A stretch of 62,590 nucleotides of DNA, counting the filler, from Diploschistes diacapsis (taxonomy: Eukaryota), in assembly GCA_023645945.1 (NCBI GenBank). It is 8 parts of 8 records of this genome, joined end to end, with 100 filler letters (N's around TTAATTAATTAA, not from the genome) between each part and the next. Parts side by side here need not be neighbours in the genome. Positions count along the whole stretch, not along the records: positions 7,875 to 15,647 come from JALAIB010001242.1; positions 15,748 to 23,502 come from JALAIB010001243.1; positions 23,603 to 31,352 come from JALAIB010001244.1; 5 more parts are not named here. The stretch is one strand, 5' to 3'. Positions 13,220 to 27,041 of the stretch are shown here, piece by piece (position 1 is the first letter of the stretch; each line of letters begins with the position of its first letter). A model generated the notes under the pieces. The model had not been told where the DNA came from. It saw only the letters and a list, made by a program, of their open reading frames with translations, and ran no database searches. Both the position numbers and the translations under genes were made by a program.

Positions 13220-14533
13220 CTAAAACAAAAGAGCAAGGAGACCGAAGATACCAGCACCTGTTGAGAAAGTGGGCAAGTCAAGGGGCATAGCAGCACTGGA
13301 AGAGGATGCCGAGGTGGAACCTCCACTACCGCTTCCGCCGCCGTTGCCAGTGGTACCGGATGGGTTGGCATCATGGGACGTGCAGTTGTCGGCTCCCTTG
13401 ACGACCTGGGTGCTTTGCAGGTTGTTGATGTCGGTGCAATCAAAAGAGGTCGAAGAGGTGTCAACGGACATAGCACCAGCGACGTTAGTGATACTCTTGA
13501 GCGTGATCCTGGAAATAGTTAGTAAGCACAAGTAAACGAAGCGTAATACACTAACTCGTCAATGTTTCCACTGAAATCAACGTTGCCGTTCACAGAGGTC
13601 AGAGCTTCGAAACCTGTGATTGAGGATAATTTGGTGTTGTTGGCGATCTGTAGAGTCGCATTTTGAGTGCTGTTAATGTATTTGAGCGCGGGGAAGGATA
13701 GGTTGGAGAGTTGGGGGTTGTCGTTGACGACGAGAGCGCCAACCCAAGTAAGGTGGGGGGCAGCGTAGCTTGAAATCTTGTTACCGTAGAGACCTAGCGT
13801 GTTGGTGACGTTCAGCAAGTTGGGGGTTGAGATGGAAGTGGCGTTGCGGAAAGTCAAGGACTCGGCGGTAACAAGCTGAGGGAAGTTCAAGTTCAGACCG
13901 TTAACCAAGTTGTTGGGGCCAATATTAGCAACGCCAACCGAGTTGAGGTTGAAAGTAATGTTAGACAAGAATTGATTGTCGCTGATGGCAAGACCGCTAA
14001 TCTGGGAGGCCTGTGAGATGGCACTGATATCGGACACCTGGGTGTTGACGATGGTGACAACACCAGCTTTGGTCACACCGGAGCCAAAGTTGAAGCTACC
14101 AAGAGCAGCCAAAGACTCGAGGGTCATGTCGCCAACTTGTTGCAGGCTGCCCATGTTCAAGGCGGATAGCGCGGAAAGATCGGTAAGGTTGAGACCACCG
14201 AGGTTCTTGAGCGAGTTGGCGGTAATAGTCTGAACACCGCTGTCTCCACCGTATTCCAGTGTTCCGGTGATATCCTGAACATTACCAAGATCGAGAGTTC
14301 CACCAGAGGCGGCACCAGTGGCGATGGCCACGGAGCCAGAGAATGTTGTGCATGAGCCGATAGCGGAAGCATCACCACCGTTCTGAACGGTCATGGTCGA
14401 GCTCGAACTGCAGGAAGCAGCTGTCCATTATATTAACATGGGAATGGCGGAGCTTCGGCCGATAGTAACTGAACTCACCATATGCTGTGGCAGCCACGGA
14501 CAGGACCGAGACGAAATACTTTGTGAAAGCCAT
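13220..14533 (-). CDS. ECM33: GPI-anchored cell wall protein Ecm33 (3 exons)
   Basis: Signal peptide MAFTKYFVSVLSVAATAY, C...C N-terminus, receptor L-domain-like repeats (LSFPAL, LQIANNTKL, GNVDFSGN), FDC...C, Ser/Gly linker and hydrophobic GPI tail AGIFGLLALLF*. Confidence 0.92.
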
Positions 14534-14851
14534 TGCTTAGAAGGTTCGTGGACGATCACTAAGTATCGCAATGTCAGCAATTGGCACAGCAAGAAAGTGA
14601 AGGTAGAAAGCGCGTCTGATCGCTTGAATAGAGAATAGAGGGCCAGGATCAGGAATTCAATAGCGTGTTCACGAACCTCTTCGTAATTTGAACTATTAGT
14701 TTGATGAGAGATTGGCCGATTCAACCTAATGTGTCGGGCAGAGTGGATGTGAAAACACAGCGAGCGTGCAAGTGTAAGGAAACGAGCGGCAGATTATTAA
14801 AAGTATGTAATTGCTGATCAACCAACGCGAGATCAATCGATTGCACAAGCT

Positions 14852-14874
14852 CTTTGCTTTGCTTTGCTTTGCTT
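14852..14874. repeat. (CTTTG)4 microsatellite upstream of ECM33
   Basis: ctttgctttgctttgctttgctt. Confidence 0.8.
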
Positions 14875-15647
14875 GATGAAGCAGAGAAAGAGGTCTCAAC
14901 GAGAGATGGCGGATGGGAAAGGAAATGGTGGATGAAGAATGAAGAAGCGCAGAGAGAGAGATGTTAGGAGGAGGTGGGAAGGAAGGAAAGGAAAGAATTT
15001 TTCAACGAGGAATAAAAGGAGAGAGACGGAGGAGTCGCTTCTCCTTGGCAACTAGACTCTGGACTCTAATCTCTAGTTGCCTTCGTAAAACCCCCCCGTT
15101 CATCCAAACATCGCCTAGCCTTTGTTGTCGGGGTGGGGGGAGGAATAAGCTAGCTGGCCCAATACAGCAAAAGTTTCAGATTGATTACGAGGATACCAGA
15201 TGGCGTGTAAGTTTGGAAACACCGGGAGACCAACAACAGTACGTACACAACAGTACGCAACAGTACAGTGTGCTGCTTATCACTTACTCAGTTGCACTTT
15301 GTAACTTCGATCTTGTATTGATACCCCAACTATGTCTAAGCTGCCTCCATCTTTCCTGGGTTTAGACACTCTTAGTGTCGAAGCATATGGCTATTGCGTT
15401 CATGCTCGAAGCTTGAAGCCGATACAACCCCGTTATAGATCGGTGTGGCCTCGGGCATTAAGCAAGCAAACAGTAAGACGTTCTTTTGTCGCAGTACAGT
15501 GTCATGTATTGTATTGCAAAGCCCAGCCAATCCCCCTCCCTGCATTAGGCTGTAAAAGCCATCATGTACTGTAAGGGTTCACTAGTGTTGTATTGATGGC
15601 CTTGTAATATTTCACAATTTCTCAATGATAAACCCCCTCCCTCCCCC

Positions 15648-15747
15648 NNNNNNNNNNNNNNNNNNNNNNNNNNNNNNNNNNNNNNNNNNNNTTAATTAAT
15701 TAANNNNNNNNNNNNNNNNNNNNNNNNNNNNNNNNNNNNNNNNNNNN
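15648..15747. other. Artificial contig linker
   Basis: N44-TTAATTAATTAA-N44. Confidence 0.98.
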
Positions 15748-15922
15748 AAATAATAAAAAAAGCATATAAATCGCGCAAAAAGTAAACAAATGTGATTAAG
15801 AAGAGAGATGACTTTATAGATACTTATAGCTACAAATAAATTTAGATGATTGAGAAAGTATCTATAGAACCATAATACTCATCTTATAATTTATGTATAT
15901 AATAGGCAGAATAGCACTTGCC
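15748..15922 (-). mobile_element. Terminus of repeat family shared with 31650-31826 (possible Mutator-like TIR), heavily transition-mutated
   Basis: ataatttatgtatataataggcagaatagcacttgcc vs gtaatttatgtgtacagtaggcagaataagacttgcc; homology ends at the same CTTGCC. Confidence 0.7.
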
Positions 15923-16815
15923 CTACTTTCTTTAATTGAGGATCGAACTGTAACGTAGTTACGCGCATTTTCTGAGGCTATGTACGACGACTGGGAGATT
16001 CAGCCGAAATTAGAATGTAGATTCGGAAATATAATAGCCGACGGCGCTGATATGCTCACGGCTTGGGAGAGAAAGCGTAGATGACAAGCGATGTTAATGA
16101 TAGGTCACGAATCAAGAGGACTGCTTTAGTTTTACACCCAGACTACATCTTCGAACTGTGCATAAGATGAACATTACAAGTATTGTTTGAGTCAGTCGTC
16201 CTCTTTGTGACTTCATTTTGATATACGCCAATTTGACGCAAGAAGCTCCATTAGCTTTCTCCGGAAAATGATCAGCAACGAAGACCATTCAGATTAGATC
16301 TAGTAACCATTCCAAGTTTTACGCCAATATATAACACCACAGGAAAATTGATATATAAGAAAATATGGTTAATGAAGTTTGTGTTTGCGTGGGCGTAAAA
16401 GCTCGATGGGTCTTCAGCCAGAAGAGCTCATTGGGGTATGTGATTAATCAACACTTGTCGCTTGGTTGGTGGCTACCAGATACATAGAACAGCATATCAC
16501 GATCGCGAACTGATTCAATCGTCCAAAGGATAATTTCCAGAATGCGCCCCAGCTGTATCTTAACAGAGATATAGAACAATGAACGCAATGCGGTAGTACT
16601 ACGGAGATGGTTTGTTTACTCCCGGAATACCCGTCGCTACGGAGGTAACCGATTAGCCGGTCCCACCGCCTTGTCTGAGGTCAGAGTGACCCGTAACTCC
16701 GGTGTCAGCTCAACGCCTTATCCTAACGCACTTTCTCACTCAGTATGTCCACAATGCTTCCTCCTCTTCAGGGAGCACTCAGGTGAGCGAGGCGCAAGGT
16801 ATCGCACAGTCGACG

Positions 16816-19800
16816 ATGCCCCAACATACCGTTTCCAGTCAAATACCCTTCTCCCAGGCAGATCCCGCCGCACTTTTCCAATCAGATTACCTCCGCTCCG
16901 TTGTGGGTGGACAACACCATCAGGCACTATGCGGTGACCCTGAAGGCTGGGGCCCTCTCAGCCCCTATCGCTGGGACTTCACGCCATGCTTTCTCGACGT
17001 CTGGGTACTGACCATAACGGTCGTATTTGGCATTTTCATGGGCTCGGCAGCGATCTACTACCTGCTCCGCAAAAAAGCCCCCGCTCCTGTTCCCCGAAAT
17101 TGGCACTTTTACGCCAAACTGACCATCATAGGCGCTTTGGTTGCCAGTACAGGTCTTCAAGCTTGCCTGCAGATCGAGGCCATGCCTGACGTCTGGTTTG
17201 AGGATTTCAGGTTCTGGACATCCGTCATCACCATCATATCGCTAGTCATCATATTCATTGTGCAATACTTTGAGCACTGGCGAAGCCGGCAGCCGAACGG
17301 TGTCGTGCTGTTCTATTGGCTTTTTCTCCTGATCGCTTACGGTGTTAAGCTTCGATCGCTCGTGGCCCAGAAATCTTACGAAAATCGGTTCCCCTATTTC
17401 GTCACTTTCTGCGTTAGCACTGGTCTAGCCATGGTGGAATTCGGTCTCGAATATCTTGTCCCAAAGAAGCAGTCGGCATATCAGGCTCTTGGGAAGGAGA
17501 ATGAGTGCCCTCTCGAATACGCCGACGCGTTCAGTATATTGACGTTCGGATGGATGACACCGATGATGAAACACGGCTACAAGCACTTTCTTACTCAAGA
17601 AGATTTGTGGGACCTAAGAGAAAGGGATACGACCAAGGCAACAGGAGAGAAAATGCAAGAAGCGTGGGATTTCGAATTGCAGAAAAAACACCCATCTTTA
17701 TGGATAGCTATGATTAAAGCTTTTGGCATGACATACCTGCGCGGCGGTATCATCAAGACGGTATCAGATATACTCGCTTTCGTGCAGCCACAGCTTCTGC
17801 GTTTGCTCATTAGCTTCGTTGATTCCTACCGCTCTCCGAATCCCCAGCCAGCCATTAGGGGCGTAGCCATTGCGCTGTCTATGTTTGCCGTTTCTGCTAC
17901 TCAAACCATCACTCTCCACCAATATTTCCTTCGCGCCTTCGAAACTGGCATGCGTATTCGATCTTCTCTCACCTCGATGATATATGGCAAAGCTCTTAAA
18001 CTTTCCAACGAGGGCAAAGCTTCCAAGTCTACCGGAGACATCGTGAACTATATGGCAGTGGATACACAGCGATTACAGGACCTGACCCAGTTTGGCCAAC
18101 AGCTGTGGTCTGCACCTTTCCAGATTGTCTTGTGCATGGCTTCACTCTACAATTTGGTCGGAAACTCTATGTTCGCAGGCGTAGGCATAATGGTCTTATC
18201 GATCCCGATGAATGGTTTGCTCGCTAGATACATGAAGAAACTACAGAAGACGCAGATGGGGAACAAGGATGCGAGAACGAGGCTCATGACGGAGATCCTC
18301 AACAATATGAAGAGCATTAAACTCTATGCATGGGGCCAGGCTTTCATGAAGAAGCTCAACTACATCAGGAACGACCTTGAGTTGCATACTTTGCGCAAGA
18401 TTGGTGGGATGTCTGCCGTTCAGGTCTTCACTTGGAATGCTACGCCCATCGCTGTATCAACGGCTACATTCGCAGTCTTTGTTCTCACAAACGATGCCCC
18501 CTTATCCACAGAGATCGTGTTTCCATGTCTGACGCTCTTCAATCTCTTGAGCTTTCCGTTGATGGTACTGCCTATGGTTATTACAGCGATAGTTGAGGCC
18601 ACCGTGGCAGTTGCCCGGCTTACCGCCTTCTTCACTGCTGAAGAGCTCCAGCCAGATGCTGTTCTAAGAGAAGCGGCTGCAGAAAAGTCGGGTGATGAGT
18701 CAGTTGTTCTTCGCCATAGTTCCTTCACCTGGGACCGCAATACGGGTAAAAAATGTCTGGACAACATCAATCTCGTGGCAAGGAAAGGTGAGCTCACTTG
18801 CGTTGTCGGAAGGGTAGGCACCGGAAAATCATCGTTACTCGCAGCAATTCTCGGAGATTTGTGGAAAATTGATGGTGATGTTATAGTTCGCGGATCGGTC
18901 GCATACGTTGCACAACAGGCTTGGGTAATGAACGCGTCAGTGAAAGAAAATATTACGTTTGGCCATCGCTGGGACCCTAGCTTTTACGAACGCACGGTGA
19001 AGGCCTGCGCTTTATCTGATGACTTCAAGAGCCTTCCCGATGGGGACAAGACCGAGGTGGGCGAACGGGGTATATCTTTATCGGGTGGTCAAAAGGCACG
19101 TGTGACCCTAGCAAGAGCTGTGTATGCTCGAGCAGATGTTTATTTGCTAGACGATGTCCTTTCTGCGGTTGATCAACATGTCGGGAGGCATATCATCAAC
19201 AATGTCCTTGGTCCCAAGGGTCTCTTGGCTTCGAGGACGAGGGTCCTTGCTACAAACTCCATTCCTGTCCTCGAAGATGCTGATTACGTTGCAATGATCC
19301 GCGATGGCAGAATTTTAGAGAAGGGAACGTACGAGCAGCTTGTTGCCATGAGAGGCGAGGTTGCCAACCTTGTCAAGACTGCTAACGACAACAGCGGGTC
19401 TTCAACGCCGAGTGAGGCGACCACCGAGACTGAGAGCGATGGATCAAAGACAACAAATGTCGGTACTGGCGCAATGTCAGAGGAGGATGAGGTCGAAATT
19501 GAGCAAATGCAGCAACACATGGGGAGTATGATTCCCATAAAACCTGGTCCCCCGAGTGGCGGTACAGCTCCTCGTAAAGAGAGTATGGTAGAACTCCGTC
19601 GCGCGAGCACTGTTTCGTTCAAGCGACCCCATGGAAAGCTTCTCGATGAAGAAGGCGGTGACATACGGACGAAGCAAAGCAAGGAGCACAGCGAGCAGGG
19701 CAAGGTCAAATGGAGTGTTTACAAAGAGTACGCAAAAGCCAGCAACGCAGTTGCTGTCTCGCTGTATTTGACAGCAATTGTGGGCGCGCAAACTCTCGTC

Positions 19801-22800
19801 GTGGGCTCAAATTTATGGTTGAAGCACTGGAGTGAGGAAAACCAAGAATATGGTGGTAACCCCGATATCGCAAAGAACATTGGCATTTATTTCGCCTTCG
19901 GATTTGGGGGAGCTCTGCTCATGGTGTTCCAAACATTCGTTCTTTGGATATTCTGCTCAATCGAGGTATGTCCTGGCGTTCCCAGATGTCGTTGCTATAG
20001 GGCGATCTCTCAATTCTTGAAGGTCAGGCAAGCGATGCTAACGTGCTGTAATGCAGGCCTCGCGCAAGCTTCACGAACGAATGGCGCATGCCATTTTCAG
20101 ATCTCCAATGAGTTTCTTTGAGGTAAACCTTGAGAACAGTTATTCAAGTCGGCCGTCAGCTTACTGATTAAACCGTACAGACAAATCCTCTCGGTCGTAT
20201 CTTAAACCGCTTCTCAAGGTTCGTTTTCCTTCCCCGAAATGCCTCGGTTTTCCTCCGGCCAATCCATAGTTGGCTGTTTCCCCTTGAGAATTGTAATAGG
20301 AAGTGAGAATGCAACATGCGAAACCCTGTCATCCCCGATCTATCGATCTTGCTCCCATCTGCTAACTCGCTTACACTAAGTGATGTCTACAAAATTGATG
20401 AAGGTAAGAGCCATACGTATCGAAGGCAGTCTGAGCGTTTCTAACCACCAAACCAAATAGTCCTAGCGCGGACCTTCAACATGGTATGCTTGTGTCGATA
20501 CTAGCCCAACGTCTCGAAAAGATGCTTACGCCTTTCTCAGCTTTTTCAAAATATCGCTCGTGCATTGTCCACCCTAGGCCTAATTACCGCATCAACACCT
20601 GTGTTTGCTCTGCTTATCGTTCCGATTGGCGCAGTCTATGCATACATTCAACGCTACTACCTCCGAACCTCGCGCGAGTTGAAGCGCTTAGACAGCGTCT
20701 CGAAAAGTCCAATCTACGCCCACTTCCAGGAATCACTCGGAGGCCTGACGACCATTCGTGCATACCGACACCAAATCCGCTTTGCCCTTGAAAATGAGTG
20801 GCGTGTGGATGCTAACTTGCGCACATACTTCTCATCTATCAACGCCAACAGATGGCTCGCCGTCAGGCTGGAGTTCATAGGGTCCTTCATCATCTTCGCT
20901 GCTGCTGTTTTTGCGATCACGTCTGTGAGTCAGGGTGGAGGACCTTCGGCTGGTATGGTAGGGTTAGCAATGTCTTATGCTCTACAAATCACGCAGAGTC
21001 TCAATTGGATTATACGACAGACTGTGGAAGTCGAGACGTAAGTCGACGTGTCACTGATACTTCTGATCATAGCAAAGCCTGACAGGAACTTTCAGGAACA
21101 TTGTATGCGTTGAGCGTGTTCTCGAGTACGCTCGACTGCCAAGCGAAGCCCCTGAAGTTCTCTCGAAGCACAGACCTAAAGCTAGCTGGCCATCAAAAGG
21201 GGTGGTTGAGTTCAAGAACTACAGCGCTCGTTATCGCCAGGGTCTTGATCTGATCTTGAAGAATATTAACCTGAGTTTCAAGGCGCATGAAAAGATCGGT
21301 GTCGTGGGCAGGACTGGTGCTGGCAAGTCTTCGCTTACACTCGCTTTGTTTCGCATCATAGAGCCAGCCGTTGGCCACATTGCGATCGACGATGTGAATA
21401 CTTCTTCAATCGGCTTGCTGGATGTTCGAAGAAGGCTAGCGATCATTCCTCAGGATGCTGCTCTTTTTGAAGGTACTGTTCGAGACAACCTTGATCCTGG
21501 TCACGTGCACGATGATACCGAGCTCTGGGATGTATTAAGTAAGTAACGTCGCTCACTTTGTGCTCCCCAACATACGCTTGATGAGCTGTCCTTGTCTTTC
21601 TTGCTCTCTCTGGGCTTGTTCGCTAGGTTGCTTGAGCTCGAAGAGATGCCTGCCTTTCATCTGAGCGATTACTCTTGTTAGTCAAACCTTGGAAGCTGAC
21701 GTTGCGCCATCTCAATTTAGCACATGCAAGACTCAAGGATCATATTTCTAGTATGGGTGGAGGATTAGAAGCCAAGATCCATGAAGGAGGTAAGGATACT
21801 CTGCAGTTTTTAGTCAAAACATGATGTCCCTACGGAAACCTGCACCTGCGCAGTCGACAAATGATCACTACGAAGTCCTATGGATCTAGCGCCAGGAGCG
21901 CAGCCCGCTGCTTGCATGCCATGTGGGATGGAACAGTCGCGCAAGGCTCAGGAAATCGATCTTCGAGCTTGGATGAGCTTTGTTGCAAACCCGGTTGTTG
22001 GCATTTTTTGCAGATGATCATATTTGATCTGCATGTTCTGCTAGTTAGCATGTGCCTCCCCAACCCCTGCCGTACCCCAACTTCTCGCTCCTCCCGCTGC
22101 CCACAAGTAACCCTTTGTGAGAATAGAAGCTGACAGTGCCATTTATCTAGGCTCGAATCTTTCTCATGGTCAACGTCAACTAGTCTCGCTTGCCCGCGCG
22201 CTACTGACGCCGACAAACATTCTTGTGCTCGACGAGGCCACGGTGAGTTTATCACGTCCTATTGGAATTCTCTTACTTTGTCCCCCGGTCCCGAGGGCCT
22301 GGTCCTGGCCTCCCGGATATCCTTGGCGTACCCTTGCATCCTTTTGTCGTACCAACGCCGCGTCCTACACCATCTTGCATTGAGTTTCTTTTTTCCTCCG
22401 CCCATCCAATCAGCGCGCGCTCCCGTGGTCACATCACTGTGGTCAGCATCGTCCCCACTCCTCGAGTGACACGAGCTTATCCGTGATTGACTTTCGGTTA
22501 AGCAACGCGTATGGCGCCAGGCTGGCAAGCAGAAGGAGCTAATCTGCCTCGAGCGCGGGATCTAGCATCGGCATCCGCCGTTGTTAAGGACCGAGCATGT
22601 CAGCTCGTCACGCCTCATCGCTCAGGACGGCCATCGTCTCTGCTCTTATTTGCCACTTCATGCTTCGGAAAGTCGACCACATTGAAGCTAGTGCTCGTTC
22701 GTCGCTCAATGCGCCCTATGCTCCCCCACACACCCGCTTTTGAGTCAAAGCGCCTCTACGAGGTCTTGGCCGTTACGCAGCCGCTGCCCTTCCGTACATG

Positions 22801-23281
22801 TTTGCTTCTTTGGCGATTTGGATTTGCAACCCTCGCCTGTATCAGCCCCTTCCCCTCTCTGCACTGAGCATCTACCACGACGGGAGCGTCATCCATGTTC
22901 AGCGCATTCTCTCATATGTTCACTATTAACTTTTCTTTCTCGGATCTCTCGTACGCCAAGTCATCATAGGGCTAACGTGCGTTTTCCAAACAGGCTGCAG
23001 TTGATATCGAAACCGATGCTCTCCTCCAAGCTACTCTGCGAAGCTCCATATTCCGCGACCGCACCATCATCACCATCGCCCACCGCATCAACACCATCCT
23101 CGACTCGGACCGCATCGTCGTCCTCGATCGAGGGGAGGTTGCGGAGTTCGATTCCCCCTCCGCGCTCGTCAAGTCGAAGGGGCTGTTCTACGAACTTGTC
23201 AGGGAGTCGGGGCTGCTGGATCAATTTGATGGGCAGGCGGGTGGCGCCGGCGCTGCCGGGGATTCGGAGGGGAAGAGGTGA
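16816..23281 (+). CDS. YCF1: ABCC/MRP vacuolar glutathione-conjugate (metal resistance) transporter, 10 exons
   Basis: TMD0 (EGWGPLS..DFTPCF), NBD1 GRVGTGKS / LSGGQKAR / YLLDD, NBD2 GRTGAGKS / NLSHGQRQ / LVLDEAT / IAHRINT. Introns 19966-20056, 20123-20180, 20219-20380, 20404-20460, 20484-20540, 21038-21095, 21539-21720, 21790-22150, 22243-22993. Start ATG inferred. Confidence 0.93.
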
Positions 23282-23502
23282 GGTAGGCGCGGGCTACGTG
23301 TAGCCGGCGAGGGGGGCGAACTTGTAGATAGAGCACGAACTTTGCGTCCTTGTGTTCCTCTATTCCGTCGCTTTTATATACCTGGATCCCATGCGGGACT
23401 TGTGCACGCCCAGTAGAACTTTTGGTATGGCGTTGGTTGCTCGAAGTCCTTCAAGATTGCCCCAAGCACAAGCCAGGTTGGGACAAATCCATAGGCCAGG
23501 GG

Positions 23503-23602
23503 NNNNNNNNNNNNNNNNNNNNNNNNNNNNNNNNNNNNNNNNNNNNTTAATTAATTAANNNNNNNNNNNNNNNNNNNNNNNNNNNNNNNNNNNNNNNNNN
23601 NN
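23503..23602. other. Artificial contig linker
   Basis: N44-TTAATTAATTAA-N44. Confidence 0.98.
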
Positions 23603-25492
23603 TCCCCCTCTCCCCCCCTATGGTGAAAATATGGGATGCAGTCTTCCCTTGCGCCGGTCTCCTTATTCCCAACTCCTTTCTATGTCGCAAACAGGTTACA
23701 GAGGATGACTACAGAGGATGACGTAACAGCGAGATCCCCTGGCCTGAAGGTGAGGGTTGTGCCTGTCGTGGCTTAAGATACAACGCGCTCGCAAAGGGCC
23801 CCAGGCTTCACAAATGTTATATTGAAAGTATTCAATCGAGGGTTTAGCGTCCATACATCTTACAGTTATGTGCCCCGGCGCTCGATGGAATGAATCTACA
23901 GGAGAAAGTCGCGTCGATTACGGGACACTCAATGCTTTTTCGACGTATCAAGCTGATCTGCCTATCATATACGTGGAGAGGTAACCAAGGGTAAAATGAA
24001 TGGACACTAAAAGGGCTACGGGCAGTGGAAAAAAACCAAAATCCCCAAAATGTCGAAGCTCCGATTAAGGAATTATTACGCCCTAAGCTTGTTTGGTATG
24101 TTGGTATGTTGGTAAGGACGCCTAACCTAACGTGGGTTTTATAATATTTTATAGTATTTTACATGTATTCTAAGAAAGCCGGGATAGGTAAAAGACAGCT
24201 CCGAAATCGCACTACTCGGGATAGCTAGCAAAAGATGAGTCAATATTAATAATAATACAGACAAATACTTAAAGTCCGAGGCGTAAGTTAAGTCCGTAGT
24301 GGTTAATTGGTGTATTAATTTTCCTACCGAGTTCTTCCTGCCAATAAATAAAGCCAACAAAAAAACACTTCCCATCACGAGCATCAATCCGTTTTTAAAG
24401 GAAAAAGGCTGCGTAAGTGCTCGCCACACCTGCTAGCAAGCATTCATGTTAGTTAGCATGCCCCATCCCATGCATGCTCTAAGCCCAGGCAAGCGGGATT
24501 GAGCGGTCTTCCAAAGGAGACGGGCGTGGCATACTTTTTGTTAGCTTCTGATTAAAGGAGTTTTAGTTCTCTTATAAAGTTATTCGCCTCGTTGACTTAA
24601 CTATCCATGTCTGCCCTGCCCTGCCCTTGCACCAACCCCCCCTGATCTGACCTGAGCTGATAACTCCCAGGTTCAAAACTCTCCCCCGGGTTCTTGGTGG
24701 GTGCCATATTGGGACAGAACTTCTGCACGATCCATTTTCTGCGGAAAAAGTTTTCGTTGAAAAAAGCGTGATATCATCTCGAACCTAATCCACGCAAAAA
24801 ACTCACTTACGTGGAGCAGCCATTCTCGCCTCTGTACCTTCAACCTTTTGCACCGTCCTGAAGAATCAAACACTTCATCCTTAACCGACCCCACGTCTCA
24901 AATCATTCCCCCTACGTATTCTAACTTTGGAACTTGCGTTGATAAGATTTCGCATGAGCCGCACGCTCTGCGTCTCCACCCCACGCAACCGACTGGATCA
25001 TTCTTGCGCACATCTATCTACCTTTGTGTGGTTTTTATTTGAAGCAGACTTCAACCGCTGTCTGGTCCAGAAGGGGCCTCCACTTACCGCCGCCGTCCGG
25101 ACTGTTCCTCGTACAGGACGCTCACCGATGCCGTTGGCTCTGTACTGACTGCGGCACCTCGTGAGCCTGTTGCTGGAACTGATATTCAGTTATACTGGCA
25201 AGCGCCATCTCGGTGACAGTGACAACGAACCTTTGCTCTGCTGTCTTTACCGGAAAATCAAGTGGTGTTCGACATCCCAGCGGATATCAGCCAATCTAGG
25301 TTGGAACTCCCATTCCTGAGACACTCCCACTCCGACACCCCTTCGATTCTGTCGAGCAAATATAATCAACCTGCAACAGTTTGACATGTGTCACACGCAC
25401 ACATACTGAATCACCCCCCGTCAATCCAATAACGGGCCTTCCATGAAGGACGTAGTACAGCTTTCCTCTCCCTGCAACACCCACCTACTTCG

Positions 25493-27041
25493 ATGGAACC
25501 TGAGTTCCCCCATGGCATGACTTCGGTCTACGATACAGACCGTCAACGTCGTTCCTGGGGAACGGGCCTTCCTCATTTTCAATCTCATTTCCAGGAGAAT
25601 GTCTCCCAAGACAGTACCCATACATTGCCGCCGATACAGTCTCAGCGGCCCAGTTACGACCCGGGTTCCTCTTTCGAACAACAGACGCGACAGCAGCCTT
25701 CTCTCTACTCCACGCAGGGTAACCCCTATCCAGCCTATGTCTCCCAAGCTCCTCATCCTGCTTACGGCCATGCCCTCCCTCATTTCTCGAGCAGCTCTTC
25801 GTTGCTGCCATCCGCGGCACCTGCGATGCCGATAAGCCACGGATACGGAACTCCCACAACATCGACCTTTCCTCAGATCAGACCAATGCCCGCACCAGCA
25901 GCCAGTCAAGGTCACTCCATACCACACTCTTACATGCCCAACCCGTCCTTTGGGTTTCCTAATGCGGGCGATGACAACGATATGGGGTCTCGAGCCCATG
26001 TGGTAGGCTCACAAGGGCGCAGAGGTATTCTTCCTAGCGCCGACGGCAAGCCCATTGCGGTAGGAAGCAACGGCAGTGCACTTGCTGCCAAGAACACCGT
26101 GATCCCTCAAAAGGATGCAGATGGCAAATTTCCGTGCCCCCATTGCTCAAAAACGTATCTGCATGGTAAACATCTAAAGCGGCATATGTTGAGACGTAAG
26201 TTCATCCTCGGAAGGGCGGTTGCTGCTCAACCTCGCTGACGGAGTTATCTTAGACACGGGTGATCGCCCATACTCGTGCTTCCTTTGCAACGATACTTTC
26301 TCTCGTAGCGACATATTGAAACGCCATTTCCAGAAATGTTCATTAAGGCGCGGCAACCCGACCGGCGCAAACCACCTGACACATTCTCAGTCTCATCTGA
26401 AGAGGCAAGGCGGGAAGAAGTCACAACCCCCGGCGGCCATAGAGACGAACTTTCCTGGAGTGCCGCTTCCGGGCCCTCACAGCGCAAGCCCCATATATCA
26501 TGATGCTGGTATGGGCATGGGCGTCGGAAGCTCCAGTGTCCAGTCACAGGCCGATGGGTCGAAAGCCTTCAGCGACGGAGCATCCGCACGAGGTCGGCCG
26601 ACCTTTGCGACCACTTCATCCAACTTCAACAGGCCCAACTATCATTATGTTCCGGGCCACAACGGCCCCGCCTCTTTATCATCCAGCGGTAGCTCAACTC
26701 CATTGACCGCGAAGGGAACGGGCAATTTCCACCAAAACTTTACCGCCGAGCTCCCGCACCAAAGGATGAGTTCGTATGCTGAAATGAGCCACAGACCTGG
26801 TCAAGCTCACGTTACAGGGGCACCGCTCGAAAGTAACGGGTTTGATTGGCCCAGCTACCCTCAGAGTAAAGAAGGGGGAGAAAACCAGGTGGTCCACGCC
26901 GAAGCTGGTAATGTTCAGGCCAAGATTGAAGGGTCGGAGCCAAGGTCTAGGCCAGGTCCCCTATCCGAGGAACAGCATGACGAATTCTTGCTTAACTTAA
27001 GAGGAGGATATTTCAAAGGCAAGGGGCCCTTTGGCCTCTAG
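25493..27041 (+). CDS. nsdC: C2H2 zinc-finger transcription factor, NsdC-like (2 exons)
   Basis: HVVGSQGRRGILPS...KDADGKFPCPHCSKTYLHGKHLKRHMLRH|TGDRPYSCFLCNDTFSRSDILKRHFQKC (C2H2 then C2HC); intron 26196-26253. The zinc-finger call is firm; the symbol is recalled and less certain. Confidence 0.75.

Noticed and set aside
16702..20121. Truncated 1139-aa half ABC transporter
   Set aside because: The ORF reads into intron 1; splicing restores a full-length ABCC to 23281.
2973..23281. GST plus YCF1 as a glutathione detoxification cluster
   Set aside because: They are on different contigs separated by artificial linkers.
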